IMG/VR virus record: IMGVR_UViG_3300000358_000010
DNA from: a virus
Length of the DNA stretch: 61,575 nt
Strand: one strand, 5' to 3'
The notes beneath the pieces were generated by a model that did no database searches, had not been told where the DNA came from, and was given only the letters and a program-made list of their open reading frames with translations. This document shows positions 27,221 through 36,903 of the stretch, piece by piece. The translations under genes were made by a program, and so were the position numbers. How positions within the stretch are numbered: position 1 is the stretch's first letter; each line of letters begins with the position of its first letter.

Positions 27221-27502
27221 CTATCTCTTTTTTCTACGATTTGCCAATTCCTTACCACTGATTTTCCTTACCTTTTGACCACTATATACTGCGTGTAACT
27301 TATCTCGTTGCATCATCAACAGATTTCTATAAGGGATAACCTCAAACACTTCTGTATAACTCAGATGAAGCGTATCAACCAAATGGGCTATCTGCCCGAA
27401 GAACGTTGTGTTTCCTACTGTTTCGGTCTTGCAGCCAGCATCGACACGTTCCTCATCGAGCTGACACACTGAAAAGCCGAAATATCCACCATAGAGAAAC
27501 AC
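27221..27502 (-). CDS. ORF overlapping the tail assembly chaperone; possible frameshift extension (T-like part)
   Basis: Overlaps 27415..27801 by 88 nt in the -1 frame. This is the classic G/GT position, but no canonical slippery heptamer was found. Confidence 0.45.
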   Translation of the reverse strand: MFLYGGYFGFSVCQLDEERVDAGCKTETVGNTTFFGQIAHLVDTLHLSYTEVFEVIPYRNLLMMQRDKLHAVYSGQKVRKISGKELANRRKKR

Positions 27503-27801
27503 ACCTCCAAAGCGTCCTTTACTTCTTCAAAAGTTCCATTTTCCAAGGCCTTAGCCAGCTTCTCGTTACCACAGATGAAACACGATAACCCATTCAATAG
27601 ACCTTCAGTTAGTTCCGGTATCTCTTTCATGGCTTCTACTATATTCTCTCCCTTCATATCGACAGTAGAGAAGTGACGTATGGCCCGGCAGATAATTTTA
27701 ATCGTTGGCGGCTTGATAGTGTAGACCACATCGCCGATTACCACATTCTTGAAATCTAATCCTAACAGGGAATCAGATACTATTTTTGCTGCTTGATTCA
27801 T
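27415..27801 (-). CDS. Tail assembly chaperone (128 aa)
   Basis: Lies directly after the major tail gene. Acidic, helical protein. Confidence 0.6.
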   Translation of the reverse strand: MNQAAKIVSDSLLGLDFKNVVIGDVVYTIKPPTIKIICRAIRHFSTVDMKGENIVEAMKEIPELTEGLLNGLSCFICGNEKLAKALENGTFEEVKDALEVCFSMVDISAFQCVSSMRNVSMLAARPKQ

Positions 27802-27872
27802 TCGATTAAATTAAAAAAAGGAGAAGGTGACAAATACCACCTCCTCCCTTTCAATTACACAATCTTTTTACC

Positions 27873-28415
27873 TTATCCCGCCGAAACCACAACTTCAGAT
27901 TCATCGAACCATTTCTCGGAAGCCAAACCATCCACACCTGTAGTCAGCGGAGATGCAGATACGGCCAAACCAATAGCCTTATCCGTATTGGCACCACGTC
28001 CATTTATAGCCGCCTTCGGAAATACAACATATACACCGTCCTTAGTTTTACCAATTACACATTTATGGATAGGTTTGTATTTACCTCTTTCCCAAGATTT
28101 ATCAGTAGATTTACCACCTTGCAAATCAGCTTTAGTAGCGTAATCATACTCGCCGATAGTGAAGTTAAGTTTCACTTCTCCCGGTTCTGATGTCTCTCTA
28201 TAATACTCACCAGTCAAGGCATTCTTATACCGGGTAGTACTCGCCTCTGACTCCTCGTATTGGAATGTATCACCATGCACATTTTTCACTTGCTTTGTAG
28301 CCGCATTTTTCAGGATAGCAGCAACTTCCGCACCTGACAAACCTGTTGCTTTATTGGTAACCGATGCTATTGGTTCTGCATAATACAGTTCATCTATTTC
28401 TACTGCTGTAATCAT
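27873..28415 (-). CDS. Major tail protein (180 aa)
   Basis: Position, size and beta-rich sequence. Confidence 0.65.
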   Translation of the reverse strand: MITAVEIDELYYAEPIASVTNKATGLSGAEVAAILKNAATKQVKNVHGDTFQYEESEASTTRYKNALTGEYYRETSEPGEVKLNFTIGEYDYATKADLQGGKSTDKSWERGKYKPIHKCVIGKTKDGVYVVFPKAAINGRGANTDKAIGLAVSASPLTTGVDGLASEKWFDESEVVVSAG

Positions 28416-28417
28416 AA

Positions 28418-28810
28418 CTATTTTATATTTAACACATTAAACAAAATTCTCACATTCACATAATGACACTTCAAAGCTGCATCCGCTTCCGTGCCGATCG
28501 AATCAATCGAGTAACGATAGGTTGTGCCGTCATAGGTGCTTACCACATCATCAAATCGTTTGTTTGCTTCTCTTTCAAGCTCATTCAGACGGATGGTGTT
28601 CGCTTCATTCTCGCTTAAATCGGGCACGCAAAGATTCACTTCAGCAAAAGACTTCTTCCAATAGGTGCCTGGCTGTTGCTTCTTTGCGTGGATGACAATT
28701 CTTTCGGAAGTCAATTCACCGACCAGTTTTTCACCAGAGGGTACTATGTCTATTCCGAAAGCCTTGCAATCCCGGTAGATAATGTTTCCTATGTCGGTAG
28801 TTACTATCAT
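28418..28810 (-). CDS. Tail completion / terminator protein (130 aa)
   Basis: Position in the neck module. Confidence 0.5.
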   Translation of the reverse strand: MIVTTDIGNIIYRDCKAFGIDIVPSGEKLVGELTSERIVIHAKKQQPGTYWKKSFAEVNLCVPDLSENEANTIRLNELEREANKRFDDVVSTYDGTTYRYSIDSIGTEADAALKCHYVNVRILFNVLNIK

Positions 28811-29103
28811 TCAAATTCTTCTTTTAATCGTTTCTCCGCAAATAAAGCGGCACTACTTAAAACATCATATCCCTTAGATTCCACGAATGAAGCATATTCC
28901 GCTTCGTTTTTCAGAGTTAAACCGTCTTTATCAACATCGTAATCATTGGATGTTCTCAAAGCGAGTGTGTGGTCTTGATAATCGCCATGTTCCTCCGCGT
29001 ACTTCACGGCTTCATCACCGACATCTATCATTTTCTTCTCGACTTCCCATTCTCCTTCATCGAAGAAAGCATCGACATCAGAGAAATCAAAGTCTACATC
29101 CAT
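28807..29103 (-). CDS. HK97 gp10-like neck protein (98 aa)
   Basis: Position, plus the DHTLALRTS motif resembling gp10-family TGxLRxS. Confidence 0.5.
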   Translation of the reverse strand: MDVDFDFSDVDAFFDEGEWEVEKKMIDVGDEAVKYAEEHGDYQDHTLALRTSNDYDVDKDGLTLKNEAEYASFVESKGYDVLSSAALFAEKRLKEEFE

Positions 29104-29417
29104 AATTCCGAGTAATTAAAGTAGTTCGTACTCTTCACTGTGTAAACCTTGCCTTGCCCTCTCACGTTGTCGCCATCCATGCAACGAACCTCCTGCCCTA
29201 CTTTGATAGTTATTCTTTTCTCACACACTACATGGAAATTAGGACGATATACAGAGCCATTGTCAGAAGAAAACTCTTTCGTAGTGTTATCATCACATCG
29301 GCACTTGCATACATCTTGCCAGCTTTCACCACCTGTTCCGGAAATAGGCCGGCCGAACTCATCCTTTTCCATCGGGGTGATAACCTTTACCTGCAACATG
29401 TGTGGAGCGAATATCAT
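29094..29417 (-). CDS. Head closure / head-tail adaptor (107 aa)
   Basis: Position and size. Confidence 0.5.
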   Translation of the reverse strand: MIFAPHMLQVKVITPMEKDEFGRPISGTGGESWQDVCKCRCDDNTTKEFSSDNGSVYRPNFHVVCEKRITIKVGQEVRCMDGDNVRGQGKVYTVKSTNYFNYSELWM

Positions 29418-29728
29418 AAGAATGTCACTTTAGGTTTGTTACTCAGTTCGTCTTTCAATCCGTACTGTTTACACAGAAGTGAATAGTAGTCCTTAATACC
29501 TTGAATGTTCCAAGACATAGAGAAACCGCTTTCACTGATTGAAGTGGCACGAAGCAATAGAGAGGGGATGAACTTCGCAATTGCCACAGAAACACGACTG
29601 TAGTAACCCTCGTTCATTTCATCCCCTCTGCTAACCTTCGCATTCAGATACATATCCAAAAGGTCAGCCTCCGACAACTGGATGCCGAAAGTCTGAAACT
29701 TTTGCTGTATGTATTCATTTACCGTCAT
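29414..29728 (-). CDS. Head-tail connector (104 aa)
   Basis: Lies immediately after the capsid gene. Confidence 0.5.
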   Translation of the reverse strand: MTVNEYIQQKFQTFGIQLSEADLLDMYLNAKVSRGDEMNEGYYSRVSVAIAKFIPSLLLRATSISESGFSMSWNIQGIKDYYSLLCKQYGLKDELSNKPKVTFL

Positions 29729-30804
29729 GCGTTCATCGTTGAAAGATCAAAGTTCACAATCTTATTCGGAGAGATAAATTCAGGAATCCACTCAGCGGTG
29801 TATTCCATGTATCGACCTTCTTCGTCACGATAGTTGCAAACCGACATCTGACCTTCAGCAGTATTGTAAGAACGTCCCGGAACAGGGTCCGTCATTACAT
29901 ACGGCTTATGGTGACGCATCTTCATCACCTTGTCCGTCTGCAACAGGGTGATACGGTTGTCGGCGTAAATCTGCACGTTCTCGCCCGCCTGATTCTCTAC
30001 GTAGTCCTCTTTGATCTCAATTGCAGGAAGCCCGATTCCAGTAAATACGCTGGATGCCATCTGGTCAGTCACCAACCCTGCATTAACCATGAACTCACGC
30101 TCACCAAGAATCATCTTGAATTTATCACCGAACTCAGAAGCCCCTACAATGTTCTTCATAAACGTACCACGAGACATAATCATTTTGGAGAATACACCGT
30201 ATTTGGCTTTCAATTTCTGAATCTCCTGCTGCAAGTAAGAGATAAATACATTCTTTGCTGAAGCGTCAGGAGTAAGGAAGTGGAACGGTAGCTCGATGTC
30301 CAACAATTCGATGTTTTCCTTATTATCGGCCAAATGAACCTGCGCCTTACCAGTCATCAACAATTCAGGAACGATAATATCCATACGCTTGTGCGGAGCA
30401 AGCAGAATCTGACGGTAATCATCAACTATAAAATCGATAATCTCCTGCAAGATTGTACGTTGATCAGCTGTATTGGCTGCATTGAACTTGTCAATGATAT
30501 CCTGTAACTGTGACAGGCGCTCAATATCCATTTGATAACGGTCGCCCAAGTAAGCAATTTCAGTATAACCACTTCCAAGGCTACGTCTTTCACGAATAGG
30601 CTTCTGATCATTCTTACCCAGAATGGAACCGGCAACAACACCCGTTACTGTCCCAAGATAAGTCTTAAAAACACGGGTTTTAGTTTCCAAGAAATCTCCG
30701 TATTGCTTCCAGTAGATTGTGTCCAGTCTCAACTGGAGGACACGGTCAATAATCGCCTGAACGATATTGGGATCTGTAAATAAAGTTTGTATGGTCAAAT
30801 TCAT
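29725..30804 (-). CDS. Major capsid protein (359 aa)
   Basis: Size and position after the scaffold. Resembles the capsid-protein-E-like family (tentative). Confidence 0.7.
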   Translation of the reverse strand: MNLTIQTLFTDPNIVQAIIDRVLQLRLDTIYWKQYGDFLETKTRVFKTYLGTVTGVVAGSILGKNDQKPIRERRSLGSGYTEIAYLGDRYQMDIERLSQLQDIIDKFNAANTADQRTILQEIIDFIVDDYRQILLAPHKRMDIIVPELLMTGKAQVHLADNKENIELLDIELPFHFLTPDASAKNVFISYLQQEIQKLKAKYGVFSKMIMSRGTFMKNIVGASEFGDKFKMILGEREFMVNAGLVTDQMASSVFTGIGLPAIEIKEDYVENQAGENVQIYADNRITLLQTDKVMKMRHHKPYVMTDPVPGRSYNTAEGQMSVCNYRDEEGRYMEYTAEWIPEFISPNKIVNFDLSTMNA

Positions 30805-30821
30805 ATCTAAACTTTTAATGA

Positions 30822-31421
30822 TTAATACTCAAACTGGAAACGGCTTGTCAATCCCACCTTATCCAGCTCATGGATCGGAAGAACCAACTTGCTTTCCTTT
30901 ACCTCATAGGCTTGCATTAAGAGAGTGCAGAGAACCGCTCCATCGCTCTCAACTTTCTTCGCATCATAAAGAACGAAGTTTGCAGTGTTCTTCTTCACTG
31001 TTCCACCCACTGCGGTAGCTTCGAAAAGAACCGTATCCTTAGCGATATTTTCTCCGAAAGCCGCTTTGATGGTTAATACATCATAATCCTTGGTTGACTT
31101 GTCGATAGATGCTACCTCTGCGCCTTTCTTTCCGCTTCCGATGAACATACCCTGATAAGCCAAAGAATCTTTTGCCACCTTGATGGTGAGATTAGAGTCT
31201 CCTGTGGTATAAGCTTCAACCACTTTCACATTGCGGACGGGAACGAGTGTCCGTTTCTTCAAGTCCGCTTGTACAGGTGTGAATACAGGAAGAACAGAGC
31301 CTACTACAAGGTTGGTAATATCCAACTTCCACGGTCCGCTCTTTCTGACACCCGTCTCAACACGGTAGAACTCTTCCGGTTTGTATTCCGGGGTCAAGTT
31401 ATACTTAGTACCTGCTGCCAT
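30822..31421 (-). CDS. Head decoration / auxiliary capsid protein (199 aa)
   Basis: Lies between the scaffold and the capsid gene. Beta-rich. Confidence 0.5.
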   Translation of the reverse strand: MAAGTKYNLTPEYKPEEFYRVETGVRKSGPWKLDITNLVVGSVLPVFTPVQADLKKRTLVPVRNVKVVEAYTTGDSNLTIKVAKDSLAYQGMFIGSGKKGAEVASIDKSTKDYDVLTIKAAFGENIAKDTVLFEATAVGGTVKKNTANFVLYDAKKVESDGAVLCTLLMQAYEVKESKLVLPIHELDKVGLTSRFQFEY

Positions 31422-31426
31422 AAATT

Positions 31427-32062
31427 TTACTTTTTAGATTCAACAATAGTTTTTGTTCCTTCCGAAATCATATTCGCAATAGATTCAGCTTCCTTCTCCA
31501 TCTTTGTTTCCGCTGATTCAGGAGGAGTCACACCACTAAAGCCGATATTGGCAAGTTCCTGTTTAGCGTCCTTGAAATAAATGTCTAAGTCTGCATCATC
31601 AGGAATCGCATAACGCTTTGCGAATGTTTCGGGAATACCATACTCCTTTGCCTTTGCCAAAATCTGCTCTTGTCGGGTAGCCTGTGACTTCTCAGCCTTA
31701 AACTGAGCGAGTTCATCGGAAAGAGGCTGAACAGCAGCACTCACCGCATTCGCAATGATGGTAGCCATGTCATCTTTCTTATCTTCCGGCTTTGGATTTG
31801 GGTTAGGATTGGGATTAGGGTTCTCGATTTTATTTTTCAATTCGTCCAATTGTTTTTGCAGACCCGATTTTTCGTTTCTAACAGTATCAATGTCTCCTTG
31901 AAAAGCTTTTAAAAGTCCTTCGACCCCACTAATAGCAGTTTCTATTTGACTTTCTTCAGTAACGGTTTTAGATAAGTAGTCAGCCACCCCGTCAAATGCT
32001 TTATCACCAAACCCAAAGGTTTTATACTTCGTTTTTAGTGCTACTAAGATTTTTCCTTTCAT
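31427..32062 (-). CDS. Scaffolding protein (211 aa) with an (NP)5 repeat
   Basis: Trimmed to the ATG at 32062 (MKGKILVALKTKY). Coiled coil. The NPNPNPNPNPKPEDKK linker is encoded by a GGATTTGGGTTAGGATTGGGATTAGGG repeat at about 31794..31823. Confidence 0.65.
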   Translation of the reverse strand: MKGKILVALKTKYKTFGFGDKAFDGVADYLSKTVTEESQIETAISGVEGLLKAFQGDIDTVRNEKSGLQKQLDELKNKIENPNPNPNPNPKPEDKKDDMATIIANAVSAAVQPLSDELAQFKAEKSQATRQEQILAKAKEYGIPETFAKRYAIPDDADLDIYFKDAKQELANIGFSGVTPPESAETKMEKEAESIANMISEGTKTIVESKK

Positions 32063-32266
32063 ACCGTATGAATTATTAAATTTGAAATTCAATTTGCGGA
32101 AGTAAAAATACCACCAATACGGATGATTAATAAATATTTGAACTTCTGATTCGTGACCTTCGCTTTGATGTCACAAATGCGGTATAAAAGTAGTGAGTAA
32201 GTAGGTGGAAGGGAAATAATTAGGAAGTTAGAAAACCACAATTAGAGAATTGTGGAAAACGAGTAT

Positions 32267-32297
32267 AAAAAAAGCGTGATTCCACTTGGTCTCACGC
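32267..32297 (-). terminator. Intrinsic terminator after the DUF4062-like gene
   Basis: Stem GCGTGA/TCACGC followed by T7 on the minus strand. Confidence 0.7.
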
Positions 32298-32323
32298 CTA
32301 TAATAAATCATCTTTAGATATTT

Positions 32324-33325
32324 TTATTTCTTTATAGCCTTCAATTTAACCATCTCTGCACGTCCATACGGAGTTAAAGTACAGTAGGTATATACACCAT
32401 TCTCTATAACCTTATCAGTTTCTATAAGTCCTAAAGCTAAAAGCTGTATTTCAATTACCTCCTGATTCTTTTCATCAATAATATAATCCAGCTCACTAAT
32501 TCCCAATAATTTGTGTATAGGTTTAAATAAATAGTTTTGAATCTCAGTATAAGGAACAGGATTAAATAGCCCAGGAGCTATTGATAAAAATATTTCATTC
32601 CATGAAACATCCCTCTGAATATCATCTTTTTCTTCATATTCTTTATCATCCCCCCACGGAAAAGATGGACGTTTATGGAAAATTATATTATATGTATCAT
32701 TCCCCTGTTGAAAGTTCTCAGAACCAATAGGCGCTCGTAATGAAAGTCGATTAACTTGCTCTAGCAATTTCTCATTTTCCTTTTTCAGAAACAATATTTC
32801 CTTATTTGCTTCAGCCGAAGATATTGCATCTGCTTTCACCCAACCCACACGAGGAGAATTTTCAAATAAATAATCTAAACTTCTACTAACTTTGAACGCT
32901 AATTCATAAGGTTCCTTCCATGAATCACATAATTTTTCTTGAACATTTTTTAAAAATTCCCCTAGTTTTTGTTTTCCCACTTCCGTTGATTCAACTCTTT
33001 CTGCAGGCAATTTACTTGGTTCTGCATGATAAAATGAAGCAACAGGAATACCCCTGCTTATAGCATATTCAAATTCCAGTTGAGTGTAACTCTTCCCTGA
33101 CTTAGGTTCTATTGAGCCATAACGTCCTCCAATAATTAAAATATAATAATCACATCTATCTATTAATTTCTTGATAACTGTAAATTGGTCCTCATTAGCC
33201 GCAGGGAAATACTCCATTCCAACAGGAAAACAATTTTTGCCCAATAATGCTTCAATAACCTTTTGCCGTTCTTCAATTAAATCTTGATATGTTGAACTAA
33301 CAAATACTTGATATTTCTTTTCCAT
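32324..33325 (-). CDS. DUF4062-like (TIR / deoxyribosyltransferase-like fold) protein with an unknown C-terminal domain (333 aa)
   Basis: N-terminus YQVFVSSTYQDLIEERQKVIEAL...CDYYILIIGGRYGS...YTQLEFEYA matches the DUF4062 signature as I remember it. A coiled coil lies at about aa 170-195. Confidence 0.75.
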   Translation of the reverse strand: MEKKYQVFVSSTYQDLIEERQKVIEALLGKNCFPVGMEYFPAANEDQFTVIKKLIDRCDYYILIIGGRYGSIEPKSGKSYTQLEFEYAISRGIPVASFYHAEPSKLPAERVESTEVGKQKLGEFLKNVQEKLCDSWKEPYELAFKVSRSLDYLFENSPRVGWVKADAISSAEANKEILFLKKENEKLLEQVNRLSLRAPIGSENFQQGNDTYNIIFHKRPSFPWGDDKEYEEKDDIQRDVSWNEIFLSIAPGLFNPVPYTEIQNYLFKPIHKLLGISELDYIIDEKNQEVIEIQLLALGLIETDKVIENGVYTYCTLTPYGRAEMVKLKAIKK

Positions 33326-33343
33326 AGTAGTTTATCGCATTAT

Positions 33344-33736
33344 TTATAAAAGATTAATAGCAGCCAACTCTTTAGTCAAAGACTGAATACCTTTCTGAAT
33401 CTTCTCCAACTGCTGTTTGCGCGGTTTATGTACTCCGGCAGCATAATGCCATAACTGACGCTCATTGATTCCTGTAATCCGACTCAGAGCAGCTTTAGTA
33501 AAAATGTTGCTGTAGTAGTTGATAAAGGTAGCAGCATCAATTTTGAACTTTAATTCAAATTCCCCAGACAACACCTCGCAAGGATTAGTATTATCTTCCA
33601 GATACAACTCGATTGCTTCCTTCATATTATCTTCTAACTCTTTCATATCATTACCAACTGTAATGACGGGAGCACCTTCAATATAAGCACTCAGGTTCTT
33701 TCCTGCGTGTTCAACGATAACTTCTACTGTTTTCAT
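33344..33736 (-). CDS. hicB: HicB-family antitoxin (130 aa)
   Basis: HicB-like N-terminal fold pattern (VIVEHAGKNLSAYIEGAPVITVGNDMKELEDNMKEAIELYLED) plus a C-terminal HTH. Lies downstream of hicA. Confidence 0.8.
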   Translation of the reverse strand: MKTVEVIVEHAGKNLSAYIEGAPVITVGNDMKELEDNMKEAIELYLEDNTNPCEVLSGEFELKFKIDAATFINYYSNIFTKAALSRITGINERQLWHYAAGVHKPRKQQLEKIQKGIQSLTKELAAINLL

Positions 33737-33769
33737 ATTACCTCCTTTTAAATTAAGAGAACAAGGGGG

Positions 33770-33958
33770 CTACTTTAGCCCCGCTTGCCTCAAAATGCTG
33801 TAATAAGTGCCTTTCTCAACGCCTTTGCTGTTATGATTCGGTACGATAACTACTTTACCGTCTTTTTCAAACTTCATGTGGCTACCTCTCTGACTCTTTA
33901 GAACAAAGCCGTTTTCTTGCAACATAGTTACAACGTCTTTTACTGATTTGTAACTCAT
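33770..33958 (-). CDS. hicA: HicA-family mRNA interferase toxin (62 aa)
   Basis: LQENGFVLKSQRGSHMKF... is the typical HicA/YcfA pattern. Confidence 0.85.
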   Translation of the reverse strand: MSYKSVKDVVTMLQENGFVLKSQRGSHMKFEKDGKVVIVPNHNSKGVEKGTYYSILRQAGLK

Positions 33959-33982
33959 AACGCTTTGGACTTAATTACCATG

Positions 33983-33990
33983 CAAATATA
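33983..33990 (-). promoter_or_regulatory. -7 box (reverse complement TATATTTG) for the hicA operon
   Basis: Lies 25 nt upstream of the hicA ATG. Confidence 0.6.
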
Positions 33991-34126
33991 GTAATAATAT
34001 GAATACTAACAAATAATTTATTCATTATTTTACTATGAATAAAAAAATAGCGGCAACTCTGAAGAATCACCGCTAAAGGTCCTATTTTTCATGTACCCGA
34101 ATTATAAGCCCCATATTTTTTCTGAC

Positions 34127-35623
34127 TTAAGAAGCGTTTTTCTGTTCTTTATTTCCGATTTGCTTATTCTTAGCTTCTTGTTCTTCCTTGATTTCAGTAA
34201 GCTCTTCTTCGATGCGGTCAATATTTCCAGCAAACATTACCCCATGTCGTTGCGACCATACACCACCTGACACAGCTTTTACAGCTACATTGACCTTATC
34301 TTCTAAATTGTCAAGGCGATACGGAACAACTTCTGTACCAATATCTATCGTTTCAGATGCTTTGTTAAATTCAGATGGATTTATAGAGCCTAAAGCAGAC
34401 ACAATGAAGTTTACACGTCTTTGCAAGAACTCACCTATCACCTCGGCATGATTTTGAACTTGCAAATGTGTCGAAAGGAACACGTAATCGAAAGCCACTC
34501 CCGACAAGGCATTTCCAGCACCGCTCAACTTTTCAAAACTGATTTGCGGTGTATTCGTCATAGAATATGCTTTCTCAAAGAGGGTTTCTACCTCAAATTT
34601 CACGGTGTCATTTGCCTGGTTCCACGTCAGATATTGGGCATCAGCACCTTCTCCTATAAGTTTGACCATTCTATCCTTAACCTTACCCATGAAGCCCTCT
34701 ACATCTCCAATTAGCTTCAGCAGTGGGAAGAAATGATAGTCAATGCAATCGGCATAGTTGGATAGTAGTTTCTCCAAGCGGACCCGGAAGGTCTTAATCT
34801 TCTTGCAATAAGGTTCGGGACGGTAGGCATAGAGAACCGGCAGTTTGGGAAAGCCATGAGCGAAAGAAGTTCTTTCTTCATACCCTTTAGACAGATCCCA
34901 TTGATAGACCATTCTGTCTGTAATAGTCATAAAGCAGGTAATTTCCGAATCGTCCATGAGTTTTTTCTTATACTCACGGGAGAAAGCAATCATCTTACCT
35001 TCATCGTTGAAGAACGGATAAAGTTTATCCCCTCTGAATGGTGACCACAATACACTTTTCAGCTTCTTGGTTGGCTTCACCTTACCTCCGAAGGTAGTCT
35101 TCACCTTCTTCCAAAACTTCGCCCAGAACGAATCATCATCGGTCGCATACCAATACTCGGCAACTTCCTGCTCAGAAAGCCAAGCGCGGACTATCTTCTT
35201 GTTCTGATACTTGATTTTGTTGGATTTGAATACAGCCTTGACAGCATCCAACAGCTTCTTTTCGTCATCATCCGCAGGAGTACAATCCATTGACGGTTCA
35301 GTGCCGACAGTAAAAGCCGTTTGAATGTTCACTATATCTTGTTCCAAAGGAATAGAGATACGGTTTACCGGTTCGGTCTTATACTGAGCTTCGATTTCGT
35401 AGGTCTTGCCGGTCTTTTCATCGAAAACCTTCTCCGCTTCCTTTTCAAGCACTTTTCTATCCGGATACTTCTCTTTATCCACCATGATTTCATGGCGTCC
35501 CGGATTCCAATCGTCCCAAAGTTTACAACGGTCGGGAAGTTCGGTTTTCCTACCTTTCTTCAGGTAGCTTATCTTCTGCCCAATATCGGGCAATACTAAT
35601 ATTTCTTCTAAACTCAATGGCAT
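34127..35623 (-). CDS. Portal protein (498 aa)
   Basis: Lies directly after the terminase large subunit. Size and SPP1 gp6-like character. Confidence 0.8.
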   Translation of the reverse strand: MPLSLEEILVLPDIGQKISYLKKGRKTELPDRCKLWDDWNPGRHEIMVDKEKYPDRKVLEKEAEKVFDEKTGKTYEIEAQYKTEPVNRISIPLEQDIVNIQTAFTVGTEPSMDCTPADDDEKKLLDAVKAVFKSNKIKYQNKKIVRAWLSEQEVAEYWYATDDDSFWAKFWKKVKTTFGGKVKPTKKLKSVLWSPFRGDKLYPFFNDEGKMIAFSREYKKKLMDDSEITCFMTITDRMVYQWDLSKGYEERTSFAHGFPKLPVLYAYRPEPYCKKIKTFRVRLEKLLSNYADCIDYHFFPLLKLIGDVEGFMGKVKDRMVKLIGEGADAQYLTWNQANDTVKFEVETLFEKAYSMTNTPQISFEKLSGAGNALSGVAFDYVFLSTHLQVQNHAEVIGEFLQRRVNFIVSALGSINPSEFNKASETIDIGTEVVPYRLDNLEDKVNVAVKAVSGGVWSQRHGVMFAGNIDRIEEELTEIKEEQEAKNKQIGNKEQKNAS

Positions 35624-35634
35624 AGCTTATATTT

Positions 35635-36903
35635 TTAGTGTGTGAATATTCCAGTTAAATCTTTCGGCTTCTGAATCTTTCCCAGAAGCTCACCCAAAAC
35701 ATAATAACGGGCAGCATCTATCCCGTGGTTGTCATGGTCTTCGGGTTCATTGATATACTTTCCATCCTTGTCTTTCGCCCACACATACTTTCGGAACTCG
35801 CTTTGCAAGTCATACGAATGCTTGGTTATGTATATCTCCATGTCCTGCATCTTATCAATACCTGCGCTAATGGAGCCTGCACCTTTTTCCACCGCATATA
35901 TCTTAATACCTCCGTTATGTATTTCTTGAATCAAACGAGGGTCTGCGCTATCGGCAATAACCTTCAATCCCCATGGTCGAAGCGTTTTGATAATGTCGGA
36001 AGAAAGAAGTCCGGTCCGGTAATCTACTTCGTCCAGATAAAGAGCGTTACCTACAATACCGCACCGAATGGAAGCGGACGGGTCGTGTGTGTAGCCAAAG
36101 TCTTGCCCGATAGCCACCTTCTTAGCCCAAGCCGGGAATTCATCAACAATTCCCCACTTCTTGAATACAGCACCTTCCGCAACGTCAGCCCACCGACCGA
36201 TAACCACGTGAGCATACTTTTTGGGATTATTCGCCTTCATATCCTCAACCTCCTTCAGAAACTCTGGAGAAAGATTCTCCAAGTTATCAAGATAGGTAGT
36301 ATGGATATGAAGTACATTCGGGTGCGTGGAGATTTGGACTTGCACCCCATCAATCTCTACGAGTTTATGGGTATTTTCGATGTACTTTTTGTAAATGAAG
36401 TGATTGGAATCACAAGGATTCATTATGATGATTATCCGGTTCTGAATCCCTTTCTTACGGATGGAGAGCATAATCTTGTCAAACTCTTCTTCATTCGTCC
36501 ACTCTTCCGCTTCATCACAGACGAAAGTGGTTATACCCTGAATAGATTTCAGTTTCGCCGTCTGATTACCTGAAGAAGTCTTGATGCCCCGAAACATGAT
36601 ACGACTCTTAGTCATTTTGTTGACTATATCTGTCTTGGTGGTCTTGAAATACTTTGTAGTTCCGTCAAGGTCTATCTTCTCCATCATTTCCGGAATGATA
36701 GACATACCGGCAGAAACCATCGTGTAACGGGTATAGAGAATCTGATGCACAATCTTCTCTACCGGGGTCATTTCAAAAGTCAGACGCTCTATAAAGGTGG
36801 AAGCGTTAAAAGACTTTCCCGAACCACGTCCACCGGTGATAAGAATTATGAACTTTTCCTTATCCTCGTACAATGGATGATATATAATCTGAGGTACTAT
36901 CAT
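35635..36903 (-). CDS. terL: Terminase large subunit (422 aa)
   Basis: Walker A ILITGGRGSGKS and Walker B FVCDEAEEW. The C-terminal region is nuclease-like. Confidence 0.9.
   Translation of the reverse strand: MIVPQIIYHPLYEDKEKFIILITGGRGSGKSFNASTFIERLTFEMTPVEKIVHQILYTRYTMVSAGMSIIPEMMEKIDLDGTTKYFKTTKTDIVNKMTKSRIMFRGIKTSSGNQTAKLKSIQGITTFVCDEAEEWTNEEEFDKIMLSIRKKGIQNRIIIIMNPCDSNHFIYKKYIENTHKLVEIDGVQVQISTHPNVLHIHTTYLDNLENLSPEFLKEVEDMKANNPKKYAHVVIGRWADVAEGAVFKKWGIVDEFPAWAKKVAIGQDFGYTHDPSASIRCGIVGNALYLDEVDYRTGLLSSDIIKTLRPWGLKVIADSADPRLIQEIHNGGIKIYAVEKGAGSISAGIDKMQDMEIYITKHSYDLQSEFRKYVWAKDKDGKYINEPEDHDNHGIDAARYYVLGELLGKIQKPKDLTGIFTH

Noticed and set aside
27415-27502. Canonical -1 programmed frameshift site in the chaperone overlap
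   Set aside because: I could not find an XXXYYYZ heptamer in the overlap, so I report only the overlap, not a frameshift site.
27793-30783. Plus-strand ORFs within the neck and capsid module (27793..28143, 28676..28942, 28887..29105, 29149..29486, 29908..30261, 30532..30783 and others)
   Set aside because: All are antisense to tightly packed, translationally coupled minus-strand structural genes.
31794-31823. Short tandem GGGTTAGGATTGGGATTAGGG-type repeat
   Set aside because: It lies in-frame within the scaffold gene and encodes an (NP)5 linker. It is not a CRISPR, telomere-like or regulatory repeat.
35725-36573. 282-aa plus-strand ORF (and 35729..35929)
   Set aside because: Fully antisense to the terminase large subunit, which has clear Walker motifs. 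The composition is typical of a shadow ORF.
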